Shown here: positions 55,439 through 64,000 of the stretch, piece by piece
How the letters are laid out: every line of letters starts with the position of its first letter
Numbering within the stretch: position 1 is the stretch's first letter
Assembly (NCBI GenBank): GCA_017632535.1
Contig: JAGBRC010000009.1
Location: forward strand, 6,162-70,161
Direction: 5' to 3'
Length of the DNA stretch: 64,000 bases
DNA from: Aeriscardovia sp.
Lineage (GTDB): Bacteria; Actinomycetota; Actinomycetes; Actinomycetales; Bifidobacteriaceae
Notes under the pieces: model-generated
What the model saw: the letters and a program-made list of their open reading frames with translations, nothing else
The model's database searches: none
What the model was told of the DNA's origin: nothing
Program-made: the position numbers and the translations under genes

Positions 55439-56623
55439 ATGACGCCAGATTTTCCGGATGACGACAGCTTCACAGAGCCTCCCAGTTTTGCGCCCTCTTC
55501 CGGACAGCGCCCCAGCCGCCCTTACGGGCGCCCTCCGAGAAGCTCCAAAAACCCCTATCTGAGCGGAGCACCCCTCCAGGGGCCGAGAATAGCTGTGAGC
55601 GGAAAAATGCGCCGGCAGAAAGGGCGCCTTCCCAAGGGAAGCACCCATGTGAGCCCCACAAGCAAGCTTCCCAGAAAGCGCCACCATATCCTCCTCACCA
55701 TCTGCACCATTTTAGTTTCGGTCATATTCCTCCTGGTGGGGGCGGCCGGCGGCCTCTACCTTTGGGTGGACCACCAGATCCAGCACTACCAGGCCCTCAC
55801 CACCATGCCCAAAAACGGCATAGAGGAGAGCTGGCTGATAACAGGGGTCGATCAGAGAGATGGTGCCGCAGGAACCGGAGCCGCGGGATCTGTGCCGGGC
55901 TTTAGGACCGACACTATTATGCTCCTCATAAAGCCCAAAAACGGCAAAGACGCCCTCATCTCAATCCCCAGAGACACCCTCGTCTACGAGGACGGCTACT
56001 ACATGAAGATTAACGCCATAGCGGAAACTTACGGCTGGCCCGCCCTGGCGGCAAAAGTGGAACAGCTGACGGGAGTAAAAATCGATCACGCCGTCAGGGC
56101 CAACTTCAACACCATAGAGGACGTGGTCAATGCCATGGGGGGAGTGTACGTCTGCTTCAATCAGACCGTAAATGACCCTTATTCGGGATTCAAGTGGAAG
56201 GCCGGATGTGGGGTCATGAACGGGGAAACCGCCTTAGCTTTCTCAAGAGAGAGGCATTCGGACGCCTTAGGGGATATCGGCCGAGAGCAGCAGCAGAGGA
56301 TCTTGATCCAAGCTATGTTCACGGCCGCCACTAAGCCCAGTTTCTACATGAACTTGAGGAAGGTGGCCAAAGTGGTCAAAATCGGGCTGCAAAACGTGAA
56401 GATAGACGAGACCTCGCATGCCAACACCCTAATCACTATGGCCGAAGTCTTTTACCAGGCCACCCACCACGGGATTACCGGCATACCCTACATCTCTGAC
56501 CTCGGATACGAAGTCCCCGGGGTTGGGGACTGCATCCTGTGGAACACTACTGAAACCAAGCAAATGTTCCAAAATATAATAAACGGAAAGCTGCCTGCGG
56601 GAACCGTGGGCGGAATACAATGA
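55439..56623 (+). CDS. LytR-CpsA-Psr (LCP) family cell-envelope phosphotransferase
   Basis: 394 aa. Pro-rich cytoplasmic tail, one TM helix, then LCP motifs (ITGVDQRDG, FRTDTIMLLI, ISIPRDT, MKINA, GGVYVC, ALAFSRERH). Confidence 0.82.
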   Translation: MTPDFPDDDSFTEPPSFAPSSGQRPSRPYGRPPRSSKNPYLSGAPLQGPRIAVSGKMRRQKGRLPKGSTHVSPTSKLPRKRHHILLTICTILVSVIFLLVGAAGGLYLWVDHQIQHYQALTTMPKNGIEESWLITGVDQRDGAAGTGAAGSVPGFRTDTIMLLIKPKNGKDALISIPRDTLVYEDGYYMKINAIAETYGWPALAAKVEQLTGVKIDHAVRANFNTIEDVVNAMGGVYVCFNQTVNDPYSGFKWKAGCGVMNGETALAFSRERHSDALGDIGREQQQRILIQAMFTAATKPSFYMNLRKVAKVVKIGLQNVKIDETSHANTLITMAEVFYQATHHGITGIPYISDLGYEVPGVGDCILWNTTETKQMFQNIINGKLPAGTVGGIQ

Positions 56624-56659
56624 TATATTCAGAGTTTATAGGGGAAGGGGAAGAGCGGA

Positions 56660-57043
56660 GTGGACAAGTATGATCCGCTGCCTGACTGTACTTTCGGACA
56701 GGCTGTAGCGCGGTTCTTTAAAAAGTACGTCCAGTTCAAGGGGGCGGCCTCCAGGAGCGAGTTCTGGTGGGCGTTCCTGTTTTGGTTCGGGATTATGGTG
56801 ATACTGGACATACTCGCGGCTGTCGCCCACGTCCTGGCCATCATCCGCCTTCTGTGGGCGTTGGCCGTCATTATTCCGGAACTGTCGATCACCTGCAGGC
56901 GCCTGCATGACGGAGGTTTTTCAGGGGGGTGGACCTGGCTGTACTGCCTCCCCGTCCTGGGAGAGATTACCCTTCTGGTCATGTGCGCCCTGCCTACCCG
57001 CGACGACCGTTGGAAGGAAAAGTGGTTTCCCGCAAACGTATGA
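56660..57043 (+). CDS. DUF805-family inner membrane protein
   Basis: 127 aa. GAASRSEFWWAFLFWFG and ITCRRLHDGGFSGGW are the hallmark DUF805 motifs. Confidence 0.72.
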   Translation: MDKYDPLPDCTFGQAVARFFKKYVQFKGAASRSEFWWAFLFWFGIMVILDILAAVAHVLAIIRLLWALAVIIPELSITCRRLHDGGFSGGWTWLYCLPVLGEITLLVMCALPTRDDRWKEKWFPANV

Positions 57044-57055
57044 AAGGAAAAATAT

Positions 57056-57442
57056 ATGGCAACTAGGAAGATAATGCTCAGAAAGCTGGAAGACGGAACC
57101 GTGGAGGCTATCAGCCCCAGCGGAGCCAAGCTCGTCTTGGGACACGCTGAAGGCGTGTTCGATCCCGGAGAGATTGCCGAGATCGCCCTGGCAGGCTGCG
57201 GGATTTTGAGCTGCCGCAGGGTCACCGAGGGAGATGAAGTTAGGGCGGAGGTATCTGGAGAGTACAACGAAGAAGCAAACCGCTTCGACTCTTTCAGCGA
57301 AACCATCTTCGTCAAGGGCGAAGAAGAGCCCGGAAAGCTCGAACAGGCCGTGCAGGACGCCATCAGGCAAAACTGCACAATAGCCAGGACTTATGAGCGC
57401 GGCGCCAAGATAAATGTCGACGTAGAGATAGAGAAAAAGTGA
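57056..57442 (+). CDS. OsmC/Ohr-like family protein (tentative)
   Basis: 128 aa. FDPGEIAEIALAGCGILS and IRQNCTIARTY resemble the two conserved Cys-containing segments of OsmC-like proteins. Confidence 0.45.
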   Translation: MATRKIMLRKLEDGTVEAISPSGAKLVLGHAEGVFDPGEIAEIALAGCGILSCRRVTEGDEVRAEVSGEYNEEANRFDSFSETIFVKGEEEPGKLEQAVQDAIRQNCTIARTYERGAKINVDVEIEKK

Positions 57443-57717
57443 GCCTGGCCCCTCTTTTCAATCCTAAAAAGAGAAAGCCTGATCCTAAGCCCGCAAAGGT
57501 GAACCTTAGGATCGTAATAGGGATAGGGCTAATCGTATGGGGGATAATCTTCCTCTACGTAGCGATCGTAGAAATGTGGATAAAGCAGGTCCTGCCCGTC
57601 TATCCGCTTTTGATAACTTGCTTCGGACTTGTAATAGGCGTGCTCTTGATGCTCTGGGAGTTTATCTACCGAGACAAGTATTACGGGCACTCCAGCCGTA
57701 AGCATAGAAAGCGCTGA
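57439..57717 (+). CDS. hypothetical small membrane protein (two TM helices)
   Basis: 92-aa ORF. Its GTG overlaps the upstream stop (GTGA). Basic N- and C-termini flank two hydrophobic helices. Confidence 0.45.
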   Translation: MSLAPLFNPKKRKPDPKPAKVNLRIVIGIGLIVWGIIFLYVAIVEMWIKQVLPVYPLLITCFGLVIGVLLMLWEFIYRDKYYGHSSRKHRKR

Positions 57718-57718
57718 C

Positions 57719-58396
57719 TTAAAGCTCTAAATGCTTTTCGGAAACCACTTCGAGGTCTCTGTCCAGCTCAAAAAGCATGGGCTTGGCCGTGGGGAGGTTC
57801 AATTTTTGCACCTCTTCCGGGCTTAAGTGGTTGAGCTTTTTGATAAGGGCCCTGAGGGAATTGCCGTGGGCACAGACCATGACGAGCTTCTCTTTTACAA
57901 GCTCCGGCACGATCTCCCCATACCAGTAGGGTTCTAGGCGCTCCAGCACGTCCTTTAGGGATTCGGTTCTCGGCACGAAGCTGTACTTGGGATCCCCCTG
58001 CTGGTCGAACTGGCTGCCGGCCTCTATAGGATCGGGAGGAGTGGCATAAGACCTCCTCCAGAGCATGAACTGTTCGTCTCCTACTTCTTTTCTAACTTCC
58101 TCCTTGTTCTTGCCCTGAAGCGCCCCGTAGTGCCTTTCGTTCAGCCTCCAGGACCTTTTGACGTCTATCCATCCCCGGCCCTCAGCCTCGAGGCAGTAGA
58201 AAGCCGTGGCTATAGAGCGCTGGAGGAATGAAGTGAAGAGGAAGTCGGGGTAAAGAGAGTTGGCCTTGAGAATCTCCCCGGCCCTTTTCGCCTCCGCAAT
58301 CCCGTTTTCGCTGAGGGGCACGTCCACCCAGCCTGTGAACCTATTTTCCAAATTCCACTGGCTTTCGCCGTGCCTCAAAAGAATTAGCTTGTACAT
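57719..58396 (-). CDS. gpmA: 2,3-bisphosphoglycerate-dependent phosphoglycerate mutase
   Basis: ORF trimmed to MYKLILLRHGESQWN (RHG catalytic motif). LNERHYG and AHGNSLRAL. Confidence 0.95.
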   Translation of the reverse strand: MYKLILLRHGESQWNLENRFTGWVDVPLSENGIAEAKRAGEILKANSLYPDFLFTSFLQRSIATAFYCLEAEGRGWIDVKRSWRLNERHYGALQGKNKEEVRKEVGDEQFMLWRRSYATPPDPIEAGSQFDQQGDPKYSFVPRTESLKDVLERLEPYWYGEIVPELVKEKLVMVCAHGNSLRALIKKLNHLSPEEVQKLNLPTAKPMLFELDRDLEVVSEKHLEL

Positions 58397-58416
58397 ATTC
58401 CCCATTTTATTTCCTT

Positions 58417-59322
58417 TCAGGCCAGAGCCAGGGCGAGGAAGGCGCATATGAGCAAAAATCTAAAAGAGAGAAGCCTCATCGCCCTCTTCCAGTTTTTTTT
58501 AATAACCGCCCGGCACGAAAGGAAAATTAAAGCCAGATCGCAGGCCGCGTAGGGGAGGACCAGGGGGGGGAGGCGGTAGTACCCCAAAAGGAAGCAAAAA
58601 GAGAGGGCTGAAAAGAAGAGGAAGATGGGGATGAAAAAGGCATAGCTTTGCCCCAGCCAGACCGCCAGCGTCATCTTCCCGTGCTCCTTGTCGCTTTTTC
58701 GATCCCGAAAGTTGTTCACGGCCAAAATGGAGGCGCCAGATAGACCGAAGGCGATGGAAAGCACTGCAAAAGAGGCCGCGTCAAAAGGGACCCGGGAACT
58801 TTGGGCTATGAGGAAGCCCGTCCCCATAGTGTCTATAAAGCCAAAGAAAATGAGAACTGAAAGTTCGCCTAAAGCCATGTATCCATAAGGCCTCTTGCCT
58901 CCCACATAGAACCAACCGGCCGCGATGCACACCGCGCCTACAAGGAGAAACCAAAAATCTGCCGCAATGGCGCAGGCGGCGATGCCGCACACCGCGCCCA
59001 GAGCCGCGCAGATGGCGCAGGCGGCTTTCAGCTCACCGCAGGTAGCTAGGCCCGAGGCCAGGAGGCGGGGCTGCCCCCGGCTTTGCCCCTCCGGAAGGTT
59101 TCTTTCATCGTCTGTTCCGCGTAGGCCATCGGAATAATCGTTGGCAAAATTTGCAAACAGCTGGATGAAAAGGGCCGTCAGAATGCAGAAGACGGCTTCC
59201 AAAACAGATCTGGGGCGCAGGGATCCGAAATTGAGCCCCAGAGTCAAAAGGAAGGCGCCTGCGGGGGGGCAGATGCCGGCCGGAAGCGTCCGGAGCCTGG
59301 CGCCCATGATCCATCTGCGCAT
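58417..59322 (-). CDS. menA: UbiA-family prenyltransferase, MenA-like (1,4-dihydroxy-2-naphthoate prenyltransferase family)
   Basis: 301 aa, polytopic. ARLRTLPAG N-terminus, first Asp-rich motif NDYSDGLRGTDD, second region NNFRDRKSD. Confidence 0.7.
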   Translation of the reverse strand: MRRWIMGARLRTLPAGICPPAGAFLLTLGLNFGSLRPRSVLEAVFCILTALFIQLFANFANDYSDGLRGTDDERNLPEGQSRGQPRLLASGLATCGELKAACAICAALGAVCGIAACAIAADFWFLLVGAVCIAAGWFYVGGKRPYGYMALGELSVLIFFGFIDTMGTGFLIAQSSRVPFDAASFAVLSIAFGLSGASILAVNNFRDRKSDKEHGKMTLAVWLGQSYAFFIPIFLFFSALSFCFLLGYYRLPPLVLPYAACDLALIFLSCRAVIKKNWKRAMRLLSFRFLLICAFLALALA

Positions 59323-59325
59323 TCT

Positions 59326-60966
59326 TTACAAGGGCTTCACCAGGGGGAAAGTTATAGTGTCTCGGATGCTTAGTCCTGTCATGGCGATAAGGAGCCTGTC
59401 TATCCCCATCCCCATCCCTCCTGCGGGCGGCATCCCGTAGCTCATGGCTTCCAGGAAGTCTTCGTCGACTAGCATCGATTCTTCGTCTCCCCGGCTGGCC
59501 TGCCTCGCCTGTTCGACGAGCCTCTTTCTTTGCACGACAGGATCGTTGAGTTCGGAATAGGCTGTAGCCAGCTCAAATCCGCGCACGTAAAGGTCCCATT
59601 TTTCAGTGACTCCGGGCCTAGAGGGGGAGGACTTGGTCAGAGGGGAAGTGTCGGTGGGGAAATTGGCCACGAAGGTGGGGGTCCAGAGGGTGGAAGGATC
59701 TTGTGTGTAGAAGTGTTCCCAAAGCTGCTCGACGAGCTTTCCGTGGTTGGTTACGGCCTCTTTTTCTATCCCGAGCCTGTCTGAAATCTCGCACAGCCTC
59801 CCCTCGGGAGTTTGGGGGGTTATTTCTTCTCCTAGCTTTTCAGAAAGGGAAGAGTAGAGGTCCATCCACTTCCATTCTCCGCCAAAGTCGTACTCTTGGC
59901 CGCCCTTGAGGGTTACTTTCTGCGAACCGAATACGTCTTCCACCGCGCTCTTTATCAGGTACTCAGTCAGTTTGGCCATAGTCTTGTAAGTTCCGAAGGC
60001 CTGGTAGGCTTCGAGTGCGGTGAACTCGGGGGCGTGCGTGGCGTCTATACCTTCGTTTCTGAAGTTCCGATTGATTTCAAATACCTTCTCTACTCCCCCC
60101 ACAAGCAGCCTCTTTAGGAAAAGTTCCGGAGCGATCCTCAAATAAAGGTCCATGTCCATGGCGTTCATGTGGGTGACGAAAGGCTTTGCGGCGGCGCCTC
60201 CGTGAATGGTCTGCAAGAGGGGCGTCTCAGCTTCTATGTACCCCTTCCCGGCAAACCTTGCCCTGAGGGACGAGACGGTTTTCGCCCTGACCTCGAGAGT
60301 GTTTTTTTGCTCGCGGCTCACTATCAGCGCAACATATGGCTTGCGATACCTCTGCTCTTCGGAAAGCTCTTTGTGTAGGACAGGCAGGGGGCGCAGCGCC
60401 TTGGAGGCCATCTGCCATTTTTTGGCCATGATGCTCAGCTCCCCCGTGTTGGAATTTACAATCTCCCCCTCCGCAAAGATAAAGTCCCCTATGTCGGCCA
60501 TCTGTTTAAAGGCGGACAGGCTTTCGGGCCCGACTTCTTTTTTGGAAATCATGATTTGGATGGAGTTGAACTTTCCGTCCTGCAGCTCTACAAAGCAGAG
60601 GCCTCCGGAGTTCCTTATAAAGACGGCCCTCCCGGCCACCCCGGCTTCTTCTCCGCTCCGGCCTCCCTTTTCCAACTTTCCCGCCCATTTTTCCCGCACT
60701 TGCTTTATGGAGGCGGTTATGGGCAGTTCCACAGGATAAGGGTTCACGCCCGCATCCAGCATTTTTTCCCTCTTTGCAATGCGTACGAGGGTCTGCTCGG
60801 GGAAGGAAGCGGGGCCAAAGTCTTCAAGGCCCCGGGCTGAAGCCTGTTCTACGTCCGATCCTTCCCTTACCCAGCGGGCGACCGCCTCTTCTTCCCTCAT
60901 CAGGCTCTCTGCCCGCTCCAGGGGAAGAACCTGCAAATTTGCGTTTTCTCTGTTTTCTTCTGACAT
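59326..60966 (-). CDS. lysS: lysine-tRNA ligase (class II)
   Basis: ORF trimmed to MSEENREN. OB anticodon-binding domain, class II motifs (FRNEGIDATHAPEFTALEAY, GGMGMGIDRL). Confidence 0.95.
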   Translation of the reverse strand: MSEENRENANLQVLPLERAESLMREEEAVARWVREGSDVEQASARGLEDFGPASFPEQTLVRIAKREKMLDAGVNPYPVELPITASIKQVREKWAGKLEKGGRSGEEAGVAGRAVFIRNSGGLCFVELQDGKFNSIQIMISKKEVGPESLSAFKQMADIGDFIFAEGEIVNSNTGELSIMAKKWQMASKALRPLPVLHKELSEEQRYRKPYVALIVSREQKNTLEVRAKTVSSLRARFAGKGYIEAETPLLQTIHGGAAAKPFVTHMNAMDMDLYLRIAPELFLKRLLVGGVEKVFEINRNFRNEGIDATHAPEFTALEAYQAFGTYKTMAKLTEYLIKSAVEDVFGSQKVTLKGGQEYDFGGEWKWMDLYSSLSEKLGEEITPQTPEGRLCEISDRLGIEKEAVTNHGKLVEQLWEHFYTQDPSTLWTPTFVANFPTDTSPLTKSSPSRPGVTEKWDLYVRGFELATAYSELNDPVVQRKRLVEQARQASRGDEESMLVDEDFLEAMSYGMPPAGGMGMGIDRLLIAMTGLSIRDTITFPLVKPL

Positions 60967-61075
60967 ACAATACAGTATAAAAACAGCCGATCCGGCTCCC
61001 CGGGCTGCGCGGGATGCGGAGGGGGAAAGAGGCTGTACAATAGCCTGTGACAAAGATGTTTCAGAAAGCAGGGCG

Positions 61076-61717
61076 ATGGAAACTATCCTTTCATCCCGAG
61101 ATCGCTACAAGCGTATAAAGAAAGAGACCATGACGCCGGCCAACATAGTCACTTATGTGCGTATCCTCATGGTGATAGCCATCATTGTCCTGCTTGCCCT
61201 GGGAGGGCCTGCAAAGAACGAGGCTGAAAGGTGGGTGGCCGCGGCCCTCTTCATAGTCGCCGCCTGTACAGACAAGCTCGACGGATACCTGGCGCGGAGC
61301 CGCAATGAAGTTACGACCTTGGGCAAGCTTCTAGATCCCGTAGCAGACAAGCTCCTCATATGCTCATGCCTGATAGTTTTATCCTGCTTTGGGACTGTCT
61401 GGTGGTGGGTGACGATCCTCTTCCTCATTCGGGAGGTCTGGATTACCGCCCTCCGGATCTTCGCCAAAAGAAAGTACGCGATTGTGGCCGCGGCCGATTT
61501 CCTAGGAAAGCTCAAGACAGTTTTTGAGTGCGTGGCTGTAGGAATGATCCTCTCCCCCATTTGGGTCATAGATGGCATGCCTTCCATCTTGGCCATCTCC
61601 TACTACTACCTCATGCTGTTTGTCTTGGGGATGGCCCTGGTCTTGTGCTACGCCTCTGGCGCCAGCTATACGGTCTCTATCTTTTCCCAGATTAGGAAGT
61701 GCTCCCGTGCAAAGTGA
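61076..61717 (+). CDS. pgsA: CDP-diacylglycerol-glycerol-3-phosphate 3-phosphatidyltransferase
   Basis: ORF 60779..61717 trimmed to METIL at 61076 (an alternative is MTPANIV at 61130). CDP-alcohol phosphatidyltransferase motif DKLDGYLARSRNEVTTLGKLLDPVADK. Confidence 0.9.
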   Translation: METILSSRDRYKRIKKETMTPANIVTYVRILMVIAIIVLLALGGPAKNEAERWVAAALFIVAACTDKLDGYLARSRNEVTTLGKLLDPVADKLLICSCLIVLSCFGTVWWWVTILFLIREVWITALRIFAKRKYAIVAAADFLGKLKTVFECVAVGMILSPIWVIDGMPSILAISYYYLMLFVLGMALVLCYASGASYTVSIFSQIRKCSRAK

Positions 61718-62198
61718 GATTGCGGCTGCAATTTTGGAAATTTGCACCGCAAAAGGGTGGCGCATCGCATGCGCCGAAAGCCTAACAGGAGGGCTTTTGG
61801 CGGACGCATTTGTGTCTGTGCCCGGAGCAAGCCGAGCCTTCGCAGGATCGCTTGTGATATATGACATTCGGGCCAAGGAGAAGATTTTAGGGGTGGATGG
61901 GGCGGTCCTCAGAGAAAAGGGTGCCGTCGAAGAAGAAGTAGCGCTCCAGATGGCCCTGGGGGCGGGGAAGGCCTTCGCCCCCGGGCCGCTCCTCCTTCTT
62001 TCAACGACTGGAGTGGCAGGACCCGACACTGACGGCTTTAAGCCCGTCGGAACTGTGTGTTGCGCAGCCCTGGCCCCAGGGAAGGCGCCCGCCCTCAGGA
62101 CTTTCCACTTTTTGGGCGCCAGAGAAAAAGTACGCCTCTCAGCTGTGGAGGGCGCCTTGAGCTGCGCCCTCTCCCTTCTGGGCCCTTCCTTGGAATAA
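61707..62198 (+). CDS. CinA C-terminal domain protein (nicotinamide-nucleotide amidohydrolase PncC-like)
   Basis: Trimmed to GTG 61707 (VQSEIAAAIL). IACAESLTGGLLA and TTGVAGP motifs. Overlaps the pgsA stop. Conserved pgsA-cinA-clgR-recA order. Confidence 0.85.
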   Translation: MQSEIAAAILEICTAKGWRIACAESLTGGLLADAFVSVPGASRAFAGSLVIYDIRAKEKILGVDGAVLREKGAVEEEVALQMALGAGKAFAPGPLLLLSTTGVAGPDTDGFKPVGTVCCAALAPGKAPALRTFHFLGAREKVRLSAVEGALSCALSLLGPSLE

Positions 62199-62280
62199 CT
62201 TTCTCAGGAAAAATGTTTCACAGGTAAAAAATTTAGCCTATTTGCCGGCGAAAATTTATTCCTAAGCTAAAAGGAGGATA

Positions 62281-62763
62281 GTGGTCAAACCATCCGATCA
62301 AGAGTCTTCGCCCCTGACTCCATCCCAGGCTACCGCAGTGAGATTGTACAGAAAGCAGCTCGACTTGGCCCAGCAGCTCAGAAAACAGTATGAAGAAAGA
62401 AAAAGCCTCTCGGGCAGGGAGCCGATGCGCCCCATGCAAAAGCGCCTGATGAGCAACGCTTCTGAAAATGGCCTCACTGAAAACGGCATTTTGTTTAGGG
62501 AGGTTTTGGGGGAAGTTATCCGATCTCTGCGCACCGAGAGGAAGGAGACTCTGCACGACATGGCAGAAAAGACCGGGGTCTCATTGGGATACCTCTCTGA
62601 AGTCGAAAGAGGTAAAAAGGAGGCGAGCAGCGAAGTCATGGAATCTATCTCCACGGCCCTAGGCCTTCGGCTCAGCGACACTTTGAGGCTGGTTGCCACG
62701 GCCCTGGATCTCAATGAGACAGATAGAAGGGAGGTCCTAAAGAGCGGCATGTTGCGCAAATAA
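62281..62763 (+). CDS. clgR: XRE-family HTH transcriptional regulator (ClgR-like by position)
   Basis: 160 aa, GTG start with AAAGGAGGA upstream. HTH region LGEVIRSLRTERKETLHDMAEKTGVSLGYLSEVERGKK. Lies between cinA and recA, as clgR does in other Actinobacteria. Confidence 0.65.
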   Translation: MVKPSDQESSPLTPSQATAVRLYRKQLDLAQQLRKQYEERKSLSGREPMRPMQKRLMSNASENGLTENGILFREVLGEVIRSLRTERKETLHDMAEKTGVSLGYLSEVERGKKEASSEVMESISTALGLRLSDTLRLVATALDLNETDRREVLKSGMLRK

Positions 62764-62841
62764 CCTTGTTTCCCATACGTGGTAGGATTGTCTTCCACAC
62801 AATTTTTTAAAGACCGTTTTTCTCAAAACTTAGGGAGTTCC

Positions 62842-63885
62842 ATGCCTGCCAAAGACAAAGAAGAAGAGAGCCAAGAAAAGAGCGCAGGGGGGCTGTCCCA
62901 GCAGGCGGCCGCACTGAATAATGCGCTCAGCCAAGTAGAGAAAAGCTTCGGCAAAGGCGCTGTAATGAGGTTGGGAGACAGGCCTCAAGGAGATGTAAAA
63001 GTCATTTCCACCGGATCCCTTCCGCTCGACCTCGCTCTCGGAGTAGGGGGCCTTCCCCGCGGACGGATCATAGAAATCTATGGGCCCGAATCTTCTGGAA
63101 AAACTACTCTGGCCCTGGAGTCTATAGCAAACGCGCAAAGGGCCGGGGGGCAGGCTGCCTTTATTGACGCAGAGCATGCGATAGATCCCGAATACGCAAA
63201 AAATCTCGGCGTCGACATAGATTCCCTCGTGGTGGCCCAACCCGACTCGGGAGAACAAGCCCTCGAGATTGCCGATATGCTCATTCGAAGCGGGGCCCTC
63301 GACATCATAGTGATAGATTCGGTGGCCGCGCTCGTTCCCAAAGCCGAAATTGACGGGGATATGGGAGACAGCCACGTGGGCCTGCAGGCCAGGCTCATGA
63401 GCCAGGCCCTTCGCAAGCTCACTTCCGTCCTCGACAAAACTGGCACTACAGCCATTTTTATAAATCAGTTGCGCGAAAAGATAGGGGTGATGTTCGGAAA
63501 TCCCGAAACCACCACCGGGGGCAACGCTCTCAAGTACTATTCTTCTGTCAGGCTGGATATACGTAGAATTGAAACCCTGAAAAATAGTGCTGGCAACCCG
63601 GTTGGAAACCGGGTGAGGGTGAAGGTTGCCAAAAACAAGGTGGCTCCGCCTTTTAGGACCGCCGAATTTGACATCCTCTACGGAAAAGGGATTTCTGAGG
63701 AGGGATCGATCCTGGATATGGGCGTCGAGCGCGGCATCGTCACCAAATCTGGGGCATGGTTCACTTACAAAGGTCAGCAGCTCGGACAGGGCCGGGAGAA
63801 CGCCAGAGGCTTTTTGGAGCAGAACCCTGAAATCGCTTCCCAGATTGAAGAGGAAATAAAGGCAAGCTTTGCCGCGGCCCAATGA
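62842..63885 (+). CDS. recA: recombinase RecA
   Basis: ORF trimmed to [27 protein letters not shown], Walker [19 protein letters not shown] and [28 protein letters not shown]-type motifs. Confidence 0.97.
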   Translation: MPAKDKEEESQEKSAGGLSQQAAALNNALSQVEKSFGKGAVMRLGDRPQGDVKVISTGSLPLDLALGVGGLPRGRIIEIYGPESSGKTTLALESIANAQRAGGQAAFIDAEHAIDPEYAKNLGVDIDSLVVAQPDSGEQALEIADMLIRSGALDIIVIDSVAALVPKAEIDGDMGDSHVGLQARLMSQALRKLTSVLDKTGTTAIFINQLREKIGVMFGNPETTTGGNALKYYSSVRLDIRRIETLKNSAGNPVGNRVRVKVAKNKVAPPFRTAEFDILYGKGISEEGSILDMGVERGIVTKSGAWFTYKGQQLGQGRENARGFLEQNPEIASQIEEEIKASFAAAQ

Positions 63886-64000
63886 TAGACAGTTTTGAGT
63901 TTTTGAAGGAGCACGGGGAAAAGATCGCAAAATCCCCCTCCCCGGCTTCCGGCTCCCCCTCTTTGGGGGCGGCCTACAAGTTCGCGCTTCGATCCCTTTC
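63882..64000 (+). CDS. recX: probable RecX regulatory protein (N-terminal fragment; gene runs off the right edge)
   Basis: ATG 63882 overlaps the recA stop (ATGA). The open frame [39 protein letters not shown] continues to the window end. The position after recA and the A..ALR.L pattern fit RecX. Confidence 0.4.
   Translation, partial: MIDSFEFLKEHGEKIAKSPSPASGSPSLGAAYKFALRSL

Noticed and set aside
62764-62841. Search for a LexA SOS box (TCGAAC-N4-GTTCGA type) or a RecA-NDp/ClgR-type promoter upstream of recA. I also searched upstream of uvrA (4252-4312) and uvrB (51093-51145).
   Set aside because: I saw no convincing palindrome or motif match. A TTGTC element upstream of recA does not have the required TAnnnT at the right spacing. 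The GCCGGC-centred near-palindrome upstream of clgR (about 62243-62258) is too weak to call an operator without a position weight matrix.
1-64000. Scan for CRISPR arrays, tandem or long dispersed repeats, IS elements, rRNA genes and toxin-antitoxin or defence-gene pairs.
   Set aside because: Nothing of this kind is visible by eye. The intergenic spacers are short, mostly under 200 bp, and are accounted for by promoters, terminators or tRNAs. A computational repeat search would be needed to exclude short dispersed repeats.

Overview
By gene content and order this looks like 64 kb of tightly packed core chromosome from a Bifidobacteriales-like actinobacterium. It carries the phosphoketolase (bifid shunt) genes xfp-pta-ackA plus classic actinobacterial synteny blocks: rpsF-ssb-rpsR-rplI, uvrA-uvrC-whiA-pgk-tpiA-secG, tal-tkt, hrcA-dnaJ, dnaX-recR, hemW-lepA/rpsT, HIT-ybeY-CBS-era, polA-pdtaR-pyk-terC-uvrB-rpsA, folD-carD and pgsA-cinA-clgR-recA-recX. 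I call about 62 protein genes, many with 1-11 nt start/stop overlaps, two canonical tRNAs (Leu-GAG, Pro-TGG) and one aberrant tRNA-like gene. I also call a perfect CIRCE operator in front of hrcA, three intrinsic terminators and a few promoter candidates. I saw no transposase, integrase, phage genes, CRISPR array, toxin-antitoxin pair or defence island, and I cannot support any multi-gene novel system here; this is an ordinary housekeeping region. The items most worth a second look are: (1) a 74-nt tRNA-Leu(CAA)-like gene between pdtaR and pyk that has a class II style D-arm but only a 5-nt variable region and several weakened pairs; (2) an unrecognisable 142-aa ORF wedged into the otherwise conserved ybeY-CBS-era operon; (3) signs of reductive evolution, namely UvrC ending before its C-terminal (HhH)2 domain and rapZ-yvcK, coaE and phoH absent from their conserved positions; (4) an OmpR-type response regulator translationally coupled to a small zincin-like protein instead of a histidine kinase. 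The many long ORFs antisense to real genes are codon-aligned shadow ORFs and were rejected. All family assignments come from motif recognition by eye; no searches were run.
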